Source: Macrostomum lignano (taxonomy: Eukaryota). Taken from it: DNA of 64,000 nucleotides. The notes below the pieces were generated by a model. The model worked only from the letters and a program-made list of their open reading frames with translations, was not told where the DNA came from and did not search any database. The translations under genes and the position numbers were made by a program. Shown here piece after piece: positions 24,791 to 37,300 of this stretch. The stretch is from the NCBI GenBank assembly GCA_002269645.1, contig NIVC01001024.1, positions 313,365 to 377,364 on the forward strand, in the 5' to 3' direction. Each line of letters begins with the position of its first letter. Position 1 is the stretch's first letter.

Positions 24791-25957
24791 TTGCTCATTT
24801 GAGCGCCTAACGCTACATGCGTTACTACGAGTTATTACTACGCGTTACTACATGCTACATGCTAGTGAGTGGTCTTGATTTACTGTTGAATTCAAGTCTT
24901 CAGATCCATTATCTGATCTTAAATATCCCATAGTTTCAATGTGCAATTTTGATATCCTTGATTCAACGATTGTGCTAGCAGCACTGGCAATTTATAATAA
25001 AAAAATAATGAACTCTTTAAGGACTAAACTTTAGAAGTGCATGCATTTCATACTGCAATTGATTTTTAATTAAGCAATTAATGTGTGAGAATTACGTCTT
25101 TTGGATGCAGTAAATTGCGAAAATATAGCAAGAAATGAACAACTTTAAAAGCAGCAGTTAAAGATTCCTTGGAAACAATTAATTCAAAGACAATTCATAT
25201 CACCGCGTTTTAGAATTATAATAAAAATGCAAACTAATATTTGAACATCAATTTTACTTATTGGATGTCTCATTTTCCATGTGTACAGTCAAACATGAAA
25301 CTGTGACAGGAGATTCTTCCATTTTTATGCATCGAAATTAAACTTCAGGTTCAGCCCAGGTAAAAGCAAACCTAGCCTTTATTGACTCAATTTCACGCTC
25401 AGCATGCGAGTTTTCTCTCTGCTGAGAAAGAATTGTGTGCACACAGTGCAGCTTGTGTCCACAGGTTGTGTCTCCATTCTTATAAGCTCTGGAGGTTTTA
25501 TCGATCGTCGCCCTTTGTAGGGAGAGAATTTCACTATGCCGTACCCAGCTAACTGTACTTTGCTTCGCCCCCTCGCGTTTGCGATTTACTCCTGGCTTCC
25601 TCAGGGCTAGCTACACGCATTTTCAATATTCCCGCATGTCACTCAAGTTGAGTGGCTTCCCTGGAATATTCTAAACGGTGAGTTTGCTGCCATATCGCTC
25701 TAAAGATACACTGTAGAGCTGATTGCTAATGCAAGCTCTAGGTGTAGCTTAACGTGACAGTTGAAGCTTTCTACAATGATATTTTTCAAAACGGGTTATA
25801 AAAAAGGTATTGTTCAGAGTTAGCACTCGATAGCGTGTTGTCGTCTAGAAAGCGTTTGAATTCCAAATAAAGCAATTATATGTCCGATATTGTGGTCTGA
25901 TTGTGATTGTCGAGTGCATCAAGACAGCTGAAATGCGATTGCAACGAGCCACCTCAG

Positions 25958-27121
25958 TCACACCTCAGCCCTGATCAGTACAAACAATGGGTGCAGGTGA
26001 ATACTCAACCCCGTATAGTTGACGCTGTTGAGTCCATCGGTGGCCATTGTTTGTCGGACTTTGTGCGCGTAGGGCCAGGGCATTTTGTTGACAATGACGT
26101 CTTCACTGTGTCGGAGGTTGATGTAGCGGGCCTCCGCGCCGCCGCTGTACCGGATGCTGAACCCGGATATGGACAGCCTGGCCGCCAGCTCGTCATCCTC
26201 TCGGCCCCAGCCGTAGTACCGATTCGAATTGCCGTTGATCTTGACGAAAGCGTCTTTAGTGACGGCTGAGACTCCGCCGAAAAAATTGTGATACAATTTG
26301 CCTTTCGAATACTTGCTACTGGCCTGCGATCGCATCTCGGAGATGAGCAGCTTCGGAGCGTTCTTGCAGTCGTAGACGTTGGCAACATTCTCAGGCACCT
26401 TGTCGGAATCGTGGAAGACAAAGCAGTCGAACTGGTAGAATCTCTGCGACAGTAGAAAGCCAATGTTGAGCAGCTTGGCTCGATTGAACAGTCGCCAGTC
26501 CGCCTGTTCCACCACGAACAGTCCGAACAGGATGTTCTGCTTGCGCAGCAGTCTGTGCATGTAGGGCACAAATGTGTCCAGATTTTTGCTGCGGTTCCGG
26601 TAAGGCACGAGCACTGCGGTTCGCGACAGCGGCGGCCAGCAGCTCCGCGGAGCCCAGAAGCCGCCGTCAACTATCCCTGAGTTCTTCGGCTCCTGCAGCT
26701 GCATCTCCGGTGTCGCATTGGCTTGAAGGCAGTGCACCATGCTCTCCGACTTCGGCCGCTGACAGGCGCCGGCGCTTGCAGCCGCGGCCGCTGCTGCCGC
26801 AACTGCAGCCGAGAAGTTGACCGGGCCAGAGACTGGTTTGAGCGCGTCGTACAACATTGGATAAGTGATATTGTGGGCACTTCTGTTCCACCGCGTTGAG
26901 ACCACCGATTTCAGGGCAACTGTTCGTGACTTATTTCTCGTTCTTACTGTAGAATTTGAGCGATGGAACGTCATGTGCTCATTCAAGTAGCTCACCAGCA
27001 GGCGCGGATACACGGACGGCCGGCTGGCAGTGGTGACTAATAGCTCTCTGGTCAGGAGCACTATGAGACTGACAACTGCTCCCGATGCCAGGATCTTTAA
27101 GCATAGACGATTCTTGCCCAT
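25958..27121 (-). CDS. Glycosyltransferase family 7 (beta-1,4-galactosyl/GalNAc-transferase, B4GALT/bre-4-like), 387 aa, intronless
   Basis: N-terminal signal-anchor. Motifs AVLVPYRNR, FNRAKLLNIGF, CFVFHDSD (DxD), FFGGVSA, INGNSNRYYGWGREDDEL and LRH. Confidence 0.95.
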   Translation of the reverse strand: MGKNRLCLKILASGAVVSLIVLLTRELLVTTASRPSVYPRLLVSYLNEHMTFHRSNSTVRTRNKSRTVALKSVVSTRWNRSAHNITYPMLYDALKPVSGPVNFSAAVAAAAAAAASAGACQRPKSESMVHCLQANATPEMQLQEPKNSGIVDGGFWAPRSCWPPLSRTAVLVPYRNRSKNLDTFVPYMHRLLRKQNILFGLFVVEQADWRLFNRAKLLNIGFLLSQRFYQFDCFVFHDSDKVPENVANVYDCKNAPKLLISEMRSQASSKYSKGKLYHNFFGGVSAVTKDAFVKINGNSNRYYGWGREDDELAARLSISGFSIRYSGGAEARYINLRHSEDVIVNKMPWPYAHKVRQTMATDGLNSVNYTGLSIHLHPLFVLIRAEV

Positions 27122-28926
27122 CTAGCAGTTAGGGCCAGTGAGAGTCGGTTAGAGCAAAATAGAAATGGATGCAAAATGGCTTTTAAGCAACGGCTGCTTT
27201 TGCTAATGAAAGCGATTCCTATTGTTTTTTACCTTACTCTTACCCTTTGGGCGTGACTCAGTGATATGCGCCACTTCTCAAGTGGATTTTAATATATAAG
27301 TTGAGTTGAAAGCAGCGTAGTATTCTCTACAGGCTAGACTGAAAACACCCCCATAGCCAGCCAATTCTATTGACCCAGCGTTTTAGCCATGCAGCGACCA
27401 GAGCCAGTCAGTGTTTCTCTCGGCACGCGAGTGAACAGCTGAGTTTCTTTAATTTCCTTCTCCAGTGTTCTCCTCTCAGGTTGGCGAGCAGGCCTTGCAG
27501 AATGGTTTCATTCATGGACTACTAATGATAAAGCGTGTATGGACTATAAGGTCTATGCATGCATATGCAAATAACGCGGAGAGAGAGAGAGCCAAATTCA
27601 AATTTTCCAAATCGTGCACGCGCAGAGAAAGATACACAAGCAAAATTGCCCTTAACAGGGCATTGTCACGATATGCTGAATCATGCCTCATCGATTCCTA
27701 AATGCGTCCAAAATAAAAGGCATTCAAACCTTTTTTGTTTTAACTTGACGTTTGCATCAAGAAAAAATTTGATTGGCATTTTCTTAGGGAGATTTTTTGT
27801 CTTCGTTGGGGTTCTAATCCAGTTACCAACCGTTATAAAAGTCCATGACTTTACACTTCCTGCTGAAGCGCTGCTTGTATACACAGGCAAGCTGCAAAGT
27901 TACAAAGTTTAAAACAGCTTTTGTTTCAGCAATCTTAATCAACGTTTAGTTTGGTATCGTATGCACGTCATTGCGGGTAAGTTGAAAACATTTTCACCTT
28001 CCAGTAACGAGTACAGAGCTAAGCCCTTCGCAAGCGCACTATTCGGCTTTAGTGCCCAGCGCGTTATTTGTACATCGCCGCCTGCCCCCCCCCCTTTGGA
28101 TGGCAGGGGGTGTTTTTAAACCCCCGTCGCGTCTACTGGCGGCTCACTATGCCTTCTCGCAGTGAAATGTTTTTTTCTTCTTTTCCTCGTGTTAAGTCTG
28201 CTTTAAGTTAAATATAGATTGAAGTTCGAAACATTTTTTTATTGACAGAGGCCTGCTTCGTTTCTGTGCCAAGTTCGCGTCTTAATGCCTTCGTTGCGGG
28301 AAGCACTAATTGTCTCAATCTTTCATTACTTTCCAGGTTAAATGTGGGCTGAGAACGTATTGGCTCAGAAAACCAGATCATGAATATTCAGCACAAAAAT
28401 GCATGCGTTACATACGCCTGTGGTAGAGGGCTAAACAAGTAAGACCGGAGACTGTTTCCATCTGGAGGAAAAATATCTTGACTTGCACTGCAGTACGCTG
28501 TTGCGTGGCTGCACTCAATAAGCCATTGTGTTGAATTAGTTTTTTTCCTGCAGTCCTGTTTCTCAGGGTTGAGCACTATTCTGCGATTATAAAAACAAAT
28601 AATGCACTCGATTCAATTCAATATAAGCTTGTCTGTACTATTAGAGATCGGGCAGTTTTTTGGAAATCCACAAAAATTTATAGAAGGCTATAGCGACTCA
28701 CCTTCTAATATCTATAACAGCAAACTCGAGAAAACACTTTCTCATATGTGGAACACTCTACTTACACAAGTAGTGCAATCGGTATAATATTATTCCAGAC
28801 ATGTGCTCAGTGGCAAACTAGATGCTCATCACACCCTCGCTAGGAAGAAGCAATCTTTTAGTGTTTCTGGCAGCGAACAGTTCAGAGGCTGAGGCTGCTC
28901 AGTTTAGTTAGAGACAAGGAGCTTAG

Positions 28927-29877
28927 GTGCACTTTAAGTGACATTGTTACACAACCAGTGAGAGGCGCATTACTGCCCATTCCGCCCCGACTCCCCTGAG
29001 CAGGCACAAGCGCGCGGATACGTACGCAGTCATACGCACAGGTACAAACTCACACAGAAGTGCACAGCGGCCCTGGCTTTATTTATTTGTAGTGAGCCGC
29101 CAGTTTGGTGTTATGCGTCGCACTATTGTCAACAGTTTCCTTCGCCCTTGCCCTCGCCCTGGGTTGCTGTCTGCCGCTGGGCAGCCTCCCTCCACTTTTT
29201 CTGACTGTTCTCTGTCGTCGTCGACCTTCTCTTCTCTGTGCTCTTGCTTGCAGCCACGAGCTTCTCTGCTGTGGCCTGCTCTGCGTTTCGTTCCTGTCCT
29301 GAGGTCACGCTGGTGGCCTCTTCCCTTGTCATGTGAGCAAGTCGGTAAGCATATTTACTGCACTTGCTGGTCCGTGTTTACTAGGGAATCACCTGCCCTG
29401 GGGCCATTGCCTTCTCTAAGGTGAGAGATGACTCATGTTTCTAAAAATAGACACTGAGTCACACGGCCCTGTGCACTTTTTGTCTAGGGACCCATGCCTT
29501 CTTCTCTGGCGGGAAGTGACGTCACGGTTCTAAAAATAGAACAAGTCACGAGGTCTCGCGTACAAAGGTGCACTGGGGATTCCCAGGCTATAAATACGGA
29601 CCCCCCGGCCCTCACCCTTGGTTCAGTCAAGGAGTTCTTAGCTAGTTCTTACTCTCTAGCTCTTTGGTTTCTCTGTTCTTAGTGTCTAGTTTCTCAGTTT
29701 CCAAAGTTTTCTGACAGTTATTGGCCTGACTAAACTTAGACGCCCAAGCCTAAAGGAGGCTGACACGAGCCAAGCCGATATTGATATTGAGCCCCAAATT
29801 AATGTGACTGCACTTGGAATCGAGCCTGGGTCGCTGGCACACCAGAGCAGCTGCGCTACCGCTCGGCTACGGCCCCC
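28927..29877 (-). mobile_element. SINE family A copy interrupted by an LTR-like insertion
   Basis: 3' part at 28927-29087. tRNA-like head at 29766-29877 (reverse complement GGGGGCCGTAGCCGAGCGGTAGCG...GGCTCGATTCC). Confidence 0.8.
29088..29765 (+). mobile_element. Possible solo LTR (678 bp)
   Basis: Starts TGT and ends ACA, with TATAAAT at ~29589. It interrupts a SINE, but there is no TSD and part of the SINE is missing. Confidence 0.45.
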
Positions 29878-30229
29878 CTCTTAATGGACTGATACTGACT
29901 GACCGAGTAATTGATTACATCATAACTGCTTTCTGTGACTTCTGCTCTGACCTACTTAATATGTGAGTGTTGAACTATACATACAAGTGCAACAACTCAT
30001 TGTATAAATTCAATGAGAGCCAGTCTACACTCAGCAACAGCAAAACTCCCCACCCCTCTGGCGCGGCGCGGCGAGGCTGTTGCTTGCTGGGTGCCATGGC
30101 TCAATAGAGTTGCGTAACAGCCACTGCGTCTCAGCAGAATGCTGTGATGTTGACTCGGGAGGGGGATATCGCTGAAATTCTGTAGCTTTTGAGGGAATTT
30201 CCTGAGATTCTGAAGCTCCTTTTTTATTA

Positions 30230-30600
30230 GAGGCAGGGGGGGTGTGTGCACCCTGGCGCACTTTAAGCGACATAGGGACACAACCGGTGAGAGGCATTAC
30301 TGCCCATTCCGCCGACTCATCTGAGCAGGCATACAAGCGCGCGGATACGTACGCAGGCACACACTCACACAGGAGTGTACAGCGGCCCTAACTTTATTTT
30401 TATCGTTAGGCATGTACACTTCACTGCGCCTTGGGGGGTTGGCTCTCAAGGCCGTTAATTGCACGAGCAGAGCCAAGCCGAGATTCCAAATTAGCCCCAA
30501 AACTCAAAACTCAGCCCCAAATTAATGTGACTGCACTTGGAATTGAGCCTGGGTCGCTGGCACACCAGAGCAGCTGCGCTACCGCTTGGCTACGGCCCCC
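30230..30600 (-). mobile_element. SINE family A, near full-length
   Basis: The reverse complement begins GGGGGCCGTAGCCAAGCGG (A-box)...GGCTCAATTCC (B-box). Confidence 0.85.
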
Positions 30601-30781
30601 CGATTCTAAGGCTCACAGAGGAATTTCTGAGATGTCAAGACTCATGAGGAATTGCTGAGATGCCTATGTTTCAATTGGAACTTGTTGGTAGGCCAAGTAA
30701 AAAGTAGGTCAAGTGGAGAGTTATTGGGAAGTGGGTAGATGGTGAGTGGGTAGATGGGGAGTGGGTAGACAGGGAGGGGTG

Positions 30782-32243
30782 CTTTCACAAGGTCGAAATT
30801 TCACAACATCGAAAACTCTAGCAGAAGACTTCATAAGGTCGAAATTTCACAAGGTCGAAATTTCACAACATCGAAAACTTTAGCAAGAGACTTCATAAGG
30901 TCGAAATTTCACAAGGTCGAAATTTCACAAGGTCGAAATTTCACAAGGTCGAAATTTCACAACATCGAAAACTTTAGCAAGAGACTTCATAAGGTCGAAA
31001 TTTCAGAACATCGAAAACTCGAAAAGCAGCCACTTTCATAAGGTCGAAATTTCACAACATCGAAAACTCGAAAAGCAGCCACTTTCATAAGGTCGAAATT
31101 TCATAACATCGAAAACTCTAGCAGAAGACTTAATAATTGTAAGCCTTCGAGGCTTTTCTATATTCTATTGTTGTTTAGTAGGCCTATATATGTTGTAGGT
31201 GTTTTTCTGTTTGTCACTTAGTCTAATTTATCCTAACCAGTCATTGCCAAAGTTATAGGGCTTTTTTCTCCTTTCAAAGTTTTTCTCTTTTCCCCTAAAT
31301 TTATCCTACTTCGGATACCAAATTTTAGGTGCTTTTTACTGCTCTAATTCCAAAATGCTTCCCAACTATGTAGCTAAACTTACAGCTTATGTAAACTAAC
31401 CCATCGTCCCAGTAGTCATAAGACACTTAGCAGAGCACTCAGCACTCCTTGACGTTGAACTACTTAAAGAAGAGGTGATTAAAAACTTCTCTGAACCAAA
31501 GCTATTAAAACAAAAAATAATAATATAAACATTGACACAATCAAGACTTTAGTTTTCTACATTGTAAAATTTTGATCTTTTCATAGCTACTTGAAGCTGC
31601 TAAATTCTCAGTTTTTACATTGTAAAATTTCGATCTTAAGAAAGTGGCTGCTATTTGAGTTTTCGACCTTGTGAAATTTCGACCTTATGAAGTCTCTTGC
31701 TAAAGTTTTCGATGTTGTGAAATTTCTACCTTGTGAAATTTCTACCTTATGAAAGTGGCTGCTTTTCGAGTTTTCGATGTTGTGAAATTTCTACCTTGTG
31801 AAATTTCTACCTTGTGAAAGTGGCTGCTTTTCGAGTTTTCGATGTTGGGAAATTTCGACCTTATGAAAGTGGCTGCTTTTCGAGTTTTCGATGTTGTGAA
31901 ATTTCGATCTTAAGAAAGTGGCTGCTTTTCGAGTTTTCGATGTTGTGAAATTTCTACCTTGTGAAATTTCTACCTTGTGAAAGTGGCTGCTTTTCGAGTT
32001 TTCGATGTTGTGAAATTTCTACCTTGTGAAATTTCTACCTTGTGAAAGTGGCTGCTTTTCGAGTTTTCGATGTTGGGAAATTTCGACCTTGTGAAATTTT
32101 GACCTTATGAAGTCTCTTGCTAAAGTTTTCGATGTTGTTAAATTTCGACCTTGTGAAATTTCGACCTTATGAAGTCTCTTGCTAAAGTTTTCGATGTTGT
32201 GAAATTTCGACCTTGTGAAATTTCTACCTTGTGAAAGTGGCTG
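30782..32243. repeat. Foldback-like element with arms built of AAGGTCGAAATTTCACAACATCGAAAACT repeats
   Basis: Forward array 30782-31130, AT-rich spacer, reverse-complement array ~31550-32243. The right arm is cut by the LINE. Confidence 0.8.
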
Positions 32244-32759
32244 CGCACGCGAAGGCGCATTCAGCATGCCAGTGAAGTATGAGACAGACTAGGCCCATGG
32301 GCCAAGGTCTGCGATGCTTTACGCCTGCCCCTATCTTCAGCAGGTCAAGGCTGGTGGGAGGTCTGCACCCTCTATTTGCCTCTGGCAGCCGCAGACCCCC
32401 CCACGCTGTCTCGCAAGTCGACCCAGGGTACTCGTCCCCGCGTGTGTTCAAGGCAGTCCCTAGGGCTGCTGGACAGACTGGGCTCCGGCGCTGGCGACCC
32501 TATCCAGTGGCTTCGGCCGAATTTGGGTATGCGGGTCTGGCTCGCCAACCTGCAGGCCGTGGTACTGCTCAACGTACTCTCTAATGCCTAAGGTGTTGAC
32601 CGTGCCGATGGGCTGGAAGGCCGGGGAGTAGTCCGGTCGCAAGCGGTCCCCCTCCTGGTGTCGGGCCAGCCTTGAGGGTGCTATTGGCCTACTGCCCGGT
32701 CAGGTGGAGCGGCCGGGTGGGTACCGCGCCTTTTTGAGGGTAGCCCACCAACCTTTATC

Positions 32760-34280
32760 ATGGCCTTTGAGCCGACTATGGATAACCAAGCTAACTCTAG
32801 GGACGGGGACCCTTCTAAACCCCAACCTCAGTCCGAAGGACCGGCCGGCCCTGCTGGCAGATCCCAACCGACTGATTCAACTGTGGCAAAGGAAGGACCG
32901 GCTGGCTCTGCTGGCAGATCCGACCAGAGCTACCAAACTCAAAATACCCAAGGACCTGCCAGCTCCGCTGGTGGATCTAAGGGAACCGCGAGCTCTGAGC
33001 CTAAAGGACCGGCCAAATCTGGCAGATCCGATGAAGCTCAGCGGGCTCGGCTTGAGCGCAAACGCGCTAAACAACGCGCCAAAAGGCAGGCCAAGAAGGG
33101 AGCTGCGGGGGCCAAAGCGGCGGCGTCCACCATGGATGCTGAAGCGACTGGAGTCCCAAGGCAACCAGGCGGGCCGGCCGGTGGAAGCTCCAGTAGTTCA
33201 GCGGCGGCGCTCCCTGGAGCTGCTGCCGCGGCTGCTGAGGCCGAAACCACGGCGCAACAAATGGCCACTGCCAACAAGGAGGTTCCTTCGGGAGCTACCT
33301 TTGCGGCGAAGGCCAATGCCAAAATCCAGGGAGTGATCATCCAAGGTCGCGACCAGGACTGGACCACTGATCAGCTTCAAAAAGTGTGGAGTGCTGTTGA
33401 CTCCTATCTGATTGAGCTGACTGTCGAGGAGGGAATCTCCATCGGCATTGAGCGGATGGTGCTGCGAAGCACATTCGTTCTTATTGCTCCTAGCAGCGAG
33501 GAGGACGCTCGGCAGCTGCTCCAGCGGCTACCGACGGTCTCCTTGGATGCTGACCTTGGCAGAGCTCTTTTTCTTCGCGAGGGCCAGCGTCCAAAGACGA
33601 TACCCTATGTGGTTTTCGTCCCTGCTAAGAGCACCGCAGCTGGACCAGACGTTATTCGCCGGGTCCTACTGCGTCTGAACCCCGACCTCCCTGCTAGTGG
33701 ACTGGTGTATCACCGTAAAGTCCGCAGGGGGGAGACGGGCAACTCAATTGTCCTCGGCCTTTCCAGCACTTGGGCGAGTCGGTACCCTAATGGATCCTCT
33801 TTCCAGCTGGGTGCCCTCAAGCTCAAGATGCGCCGAGGAAAGTCTGCCAAAGGGAAGGCTACTGCCAACCCCGGCATCTCCAGCAAGAGCGGGGCGCAGT
33901 CTAAGGCCCAAGGAAAGGCGCAAGCCGATCCCAAAGCCAAAGCTGCATCTCGCCCCTCTGCTAGCAGCAGTTCGGCGACCGCGGTAACGGCTCCGGCCAA
34001 GCCCCGGGAACCAAACCTGCCAGTCGGAGAAGGAGTTGAGGACGAGGCCGGGTCTTCGGAATCCGAGCTCTCCTCGGCCACCCTGGTGGGGTCTGAAGGT
34101 AAAGATGCAGGTGAGGAAGCTTCCTCCATCCTGTCATCGGAGCCTGAGGACTCTGCTGGGGGGCCGGTGGGGGTGAGGAGGCCATGGACGTCGACCAACT
34201 CCCATCTCCCAGTCAAGCCCCAGCGGCCTGGGACGAGGACGATCTGTTGTCCAAGTCTCCTTGATGGCCCTGGGCTCTAG
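32760..34280 (+). CDS. LINE ORF1 (gag-like, 506 aa, no CCHC knuckle seen)
   Basis: Intact ATG-to-stop ORF immediately upstream of ORF2. The globular core (DWTTDQLQKVWSAVD...) is flanked by low-complexity regions. Confidence 0.85.
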   Translation: MAFEPTMDNQANSRDGDPSKPQPQSEGPAGPAGRSQPTDSTVAKEGPAGSAGRSDQSYQTQNTQGPASSAGGSKGTASSEPKGPAKSGRSDEAQRARLERKRAKQRAKRQAKKGAAGAKAAASTMDAEATGVPRQPGGPAGGSSSSSAAALPGAAAAAAEAETTAQQMATANKEVPSGATFAAKANAKIQGVIIQGRDQDWTTDQLQKVWSAVDSYLIELTVEEGISIGIERMVLRSTFVLIAPSSEEDARQLLQRLPTVSLDADLGRALFLREGQRPKTIPYVVFVPAKSTAAGPDVIRRVLLRLNPDLPASGLVYHRKVRRGETGNSIVLGLSSTWASRYPNGSSFQLGALKLKMRRGKSAKGKATANPGISSKSGAQSKAQGKAQADPKAKAASRPSASSSSATAVTAPAKPREPNLPVGEGVEDEAGSSESELSSATLVGSEGKDAGEEASSILSSEPEDSAGGPVGVRRPWTSTNSHLPVKPQRPGTRTICCPSLLDGPGL

Positions 34281-34303
34281 CCAGAAATTGCATTTAATAC
34301 AGT

Positions 34304-37300
34304 ATGACTAAGCTCCACGCTGCCAAAGGAGCGACATTCTGTCTGCAAATTAATTTACAGCATTGCGTATCTGCGTCAGTAAATCTGATGAAGATTGCTG
34401 AGCTGTACAGGCCAGGCCTCATCCTGATCCAGGAACCCTGGATGCGCAACGGTAAGTTGCCCAACATTCCCTCTGGCTACTCTGATTTTTATGTGTGTGG
34501 CCCGGGGAACAGCCGCCCTAGAGCGGCTATCCTCGCTGCTAGCCATCTCCAGGCTTGGCTGAGGACTGATCTCTCTGATGGAGACCTTTGTGTCATTCAA
34601 TCTAATCATTTCTCTCCGCGTACGTGTCTTGTTGCCTCGGTTTATATCCCAGGCGACAGAGACCCTGCTCCTGAGAGTTTACTGCGCCTCGCGCAGTAAG
34701 TACTGCGAGTCCCAGAACGCTGAGCTGTGCTTAGGGGGCGACCTCAACGCGCACCACAAGCACTGGGGCAGCAAAGATACCAACACTAGAGGAGAGGAGC
34801 TTCTGGCCCTCATCTCTAACACAAACCTCATGCTCTGCAACCGCGGCAGCACTCCTACCTTTAATAATGGCAGATGGACCGAGGTCCTCGACGCCACACT
34901 CGTTACCCCAAGACTCTTTGACAGAGTTGAGGAGTGGAGAGTCTGGTCTGAGGAGCCCTCCCTGTCTGACCACTGCTTTATCGCCTTTAACATCGCGGAC
35001 ACTAAAACCCAGTCTCCGATCACTTGGAGACGCAATATCCGCAACACTGATTGGGCGGCCTACAAGGCTGCCCTTGATCTGCACCTGCAGGAACTCACGG
35101 ACTTACGTCCGATTGAGACCTGCGAGGATGTGGATCATATGGCTGAGACGCTGACAGGTTGCATTATTGAAGCCTACGAAGCGGCTTGTCCTGCTCGCGC
35201 CTACAAAGGCAAGACCTCGGCGCCGTGGTGGAACCCGGAGCTGGGGAAACTCAGGCGGAAGGCCAAAAGCCTTCATCGCCGTGCCATGAAGACCGGAAAC
35301 CCGGAGGACATGGAGCTTTTCCGGCAAGCCTCCCGCAATTTCAAATCTGAAGTGCGCAAGGCCAAGGAATGTAAGTGGCGCCAATTCTGCAATGAATTGG
35401 ATCAAGACAGACCTACTTCTAGGCTTGTCAAGGCCCTTACAATGGACAAAATGTCCAAATTAGCCATGATCAAAAAAGATGATGGCTCTCTTACTAAAGA
35501 CCCTGAAGAAGTGCTTCAGCATATGCTTAGCACATTCTTCCCGAGGGTACCTACTGCTAGACCGGAGCCCAACCATTCGATGGATGGAGCCACCCTAGCG
35601 GCGGGCATTGTCACTGAAGACCTAATCGCTCGTGCGGTCAGAACCTTCAAACCTTCAAATCTCCTGGACCTGATGGTATCTACCCTGTTCTCCTTCGTGA
35701 AGCAGCCAAGATACCCTCGTTCCTGAGACTCACCCGCAATCTTATGCGGGCCTCTATCCAGCTGGGATACGTTCCCAAATGCTGGACTGAAGCTCGGGTA
35801 GTCTTTATTCCCAAACCTGGGAAGGGTGACTACCAAAGCGTCAAGGCCTTCCGGCCTATTAGCTTAACGTCAGCAATGCTTAAGCTCACTGAGAGGCTTA
35901 TTCTCTGGCGGCTGCTGTCCTGCGAGCTGACAGCGATGCCCCTCAGCAATAATCAGCACGCCTTCCGTACCGGGAGGTCGACTGACAGCGCCCTGCATGC
36001 GATTGTCGAGAAGATTGAAAGGGCGGTACTGGGTGACGGTTACGCTCTGGCTCTCTTTCTTGACATTGTTGGCGCCTTCGACAACGTTATCTTTGAAGCG
36101 TTTCAGAGGGCCCTTCAAAATCGCAAAGCTCATGCTACCCTCATACGGTGGATCATGTACATGATCTCCAACCGTACGGTCACTGCCCAACTTCTTGGGC
36201 AAACTGCCTCCACCAGAGTCTGTAAGGGTGGACCCCAAGGCGGAGTCCTCACCCCGACGCTCTGGAACCTGGTCATGGACGCTCTTTTGAGTGACTCCCG
36301 ACCCGACCCCGTCTTCAAAGTCGGGTATGCTGATGACGTCACGGCCATTGTGGCAGGACCGTCTCCCAGCACGCTCAGGGATCTGATGCAGAGCTTTATC
36401 CGCAAAGCAGAATCCTGGGCCAATGACAATGGTCTGGAACTCTCTGAGCCCAAAACCGTTGCCATTATGTTTACCAGCAGACTACGCTGGAACATACGTC
36501 CTCTGCAGCTCTACGGCAGAGATATTGCCTTCGCGCACCAGACCAGATGTCTCGGGGTCACACTTGACCACCGGCTCAACTGGTCCTTCCACGTGAAAGC
36601 AAAAGCTAAGCGTGCCTCAGCCATCCTGGCCCAGCTCCGACGAGCACTTGGCACTTCTTGGGGTCTATCCCCAAAGCGGCTTTGGTGGATCTATACTTCC
36701 GTAGTTAGACCTGCCATTACGTACGCCTCTGTTGTCTGGGTTAGCGCTACCCAGGTCAAAAGCCATGCAGACCTGCTCAACACGATCCAAGGCAGAGCGT
36801 GTAGGCTCATCTGCAACGCCACCAGGTCCACGCCCTTTGCTGGCATGGGGGCCTTCCTTAATCTTCCGCCTCTTGACCTCTTCGTCAGGGGTGAGGCGGC
36901 TAGAACGACGCGGCGTCTAATTGATGCCGGCGTCAAATTCATTTACATGAGAGCACCTGCTAAGCGGAACCTTGTCCCGCATAGCGATCTGTGCCTCAAC
37001 TTTCTCAACGAGTGTCAGGCCAATCGCGTCTTCACCGATGGCATTGCCTCAACGCTCAACCTGAGACAGCGCTACTCCGTAGCTATCGACTCGCGCGATA
37101 ACATCAATGACCAATGGAACCCTGGTGAGCTTCATTGCTACACCGACGGTTCTAAGCAGTCAGCCAACACCGGCTTTGGTGTTGGAATCTTTCTGAACGG
37201 GAGGGTCATCGCTACCCACGCTCAATACACTGGGGTCAACTCCAGTGTTTTCCAAAATGAAGTTCTGGCCATCAGCTCCTGCACTGCAGAGCTTCTCGCC

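Noticed and set aside
32244-32759. Possible HDV-like ribozyme in the LINE 5' UTR (GGTCTGCG/CGCAGACC pairing)
   Set aside because: I could not place P3/L3, the P1.1 GG or the J4/2 catalytic C by eye. An RNArobo or Infernal search would be needed.
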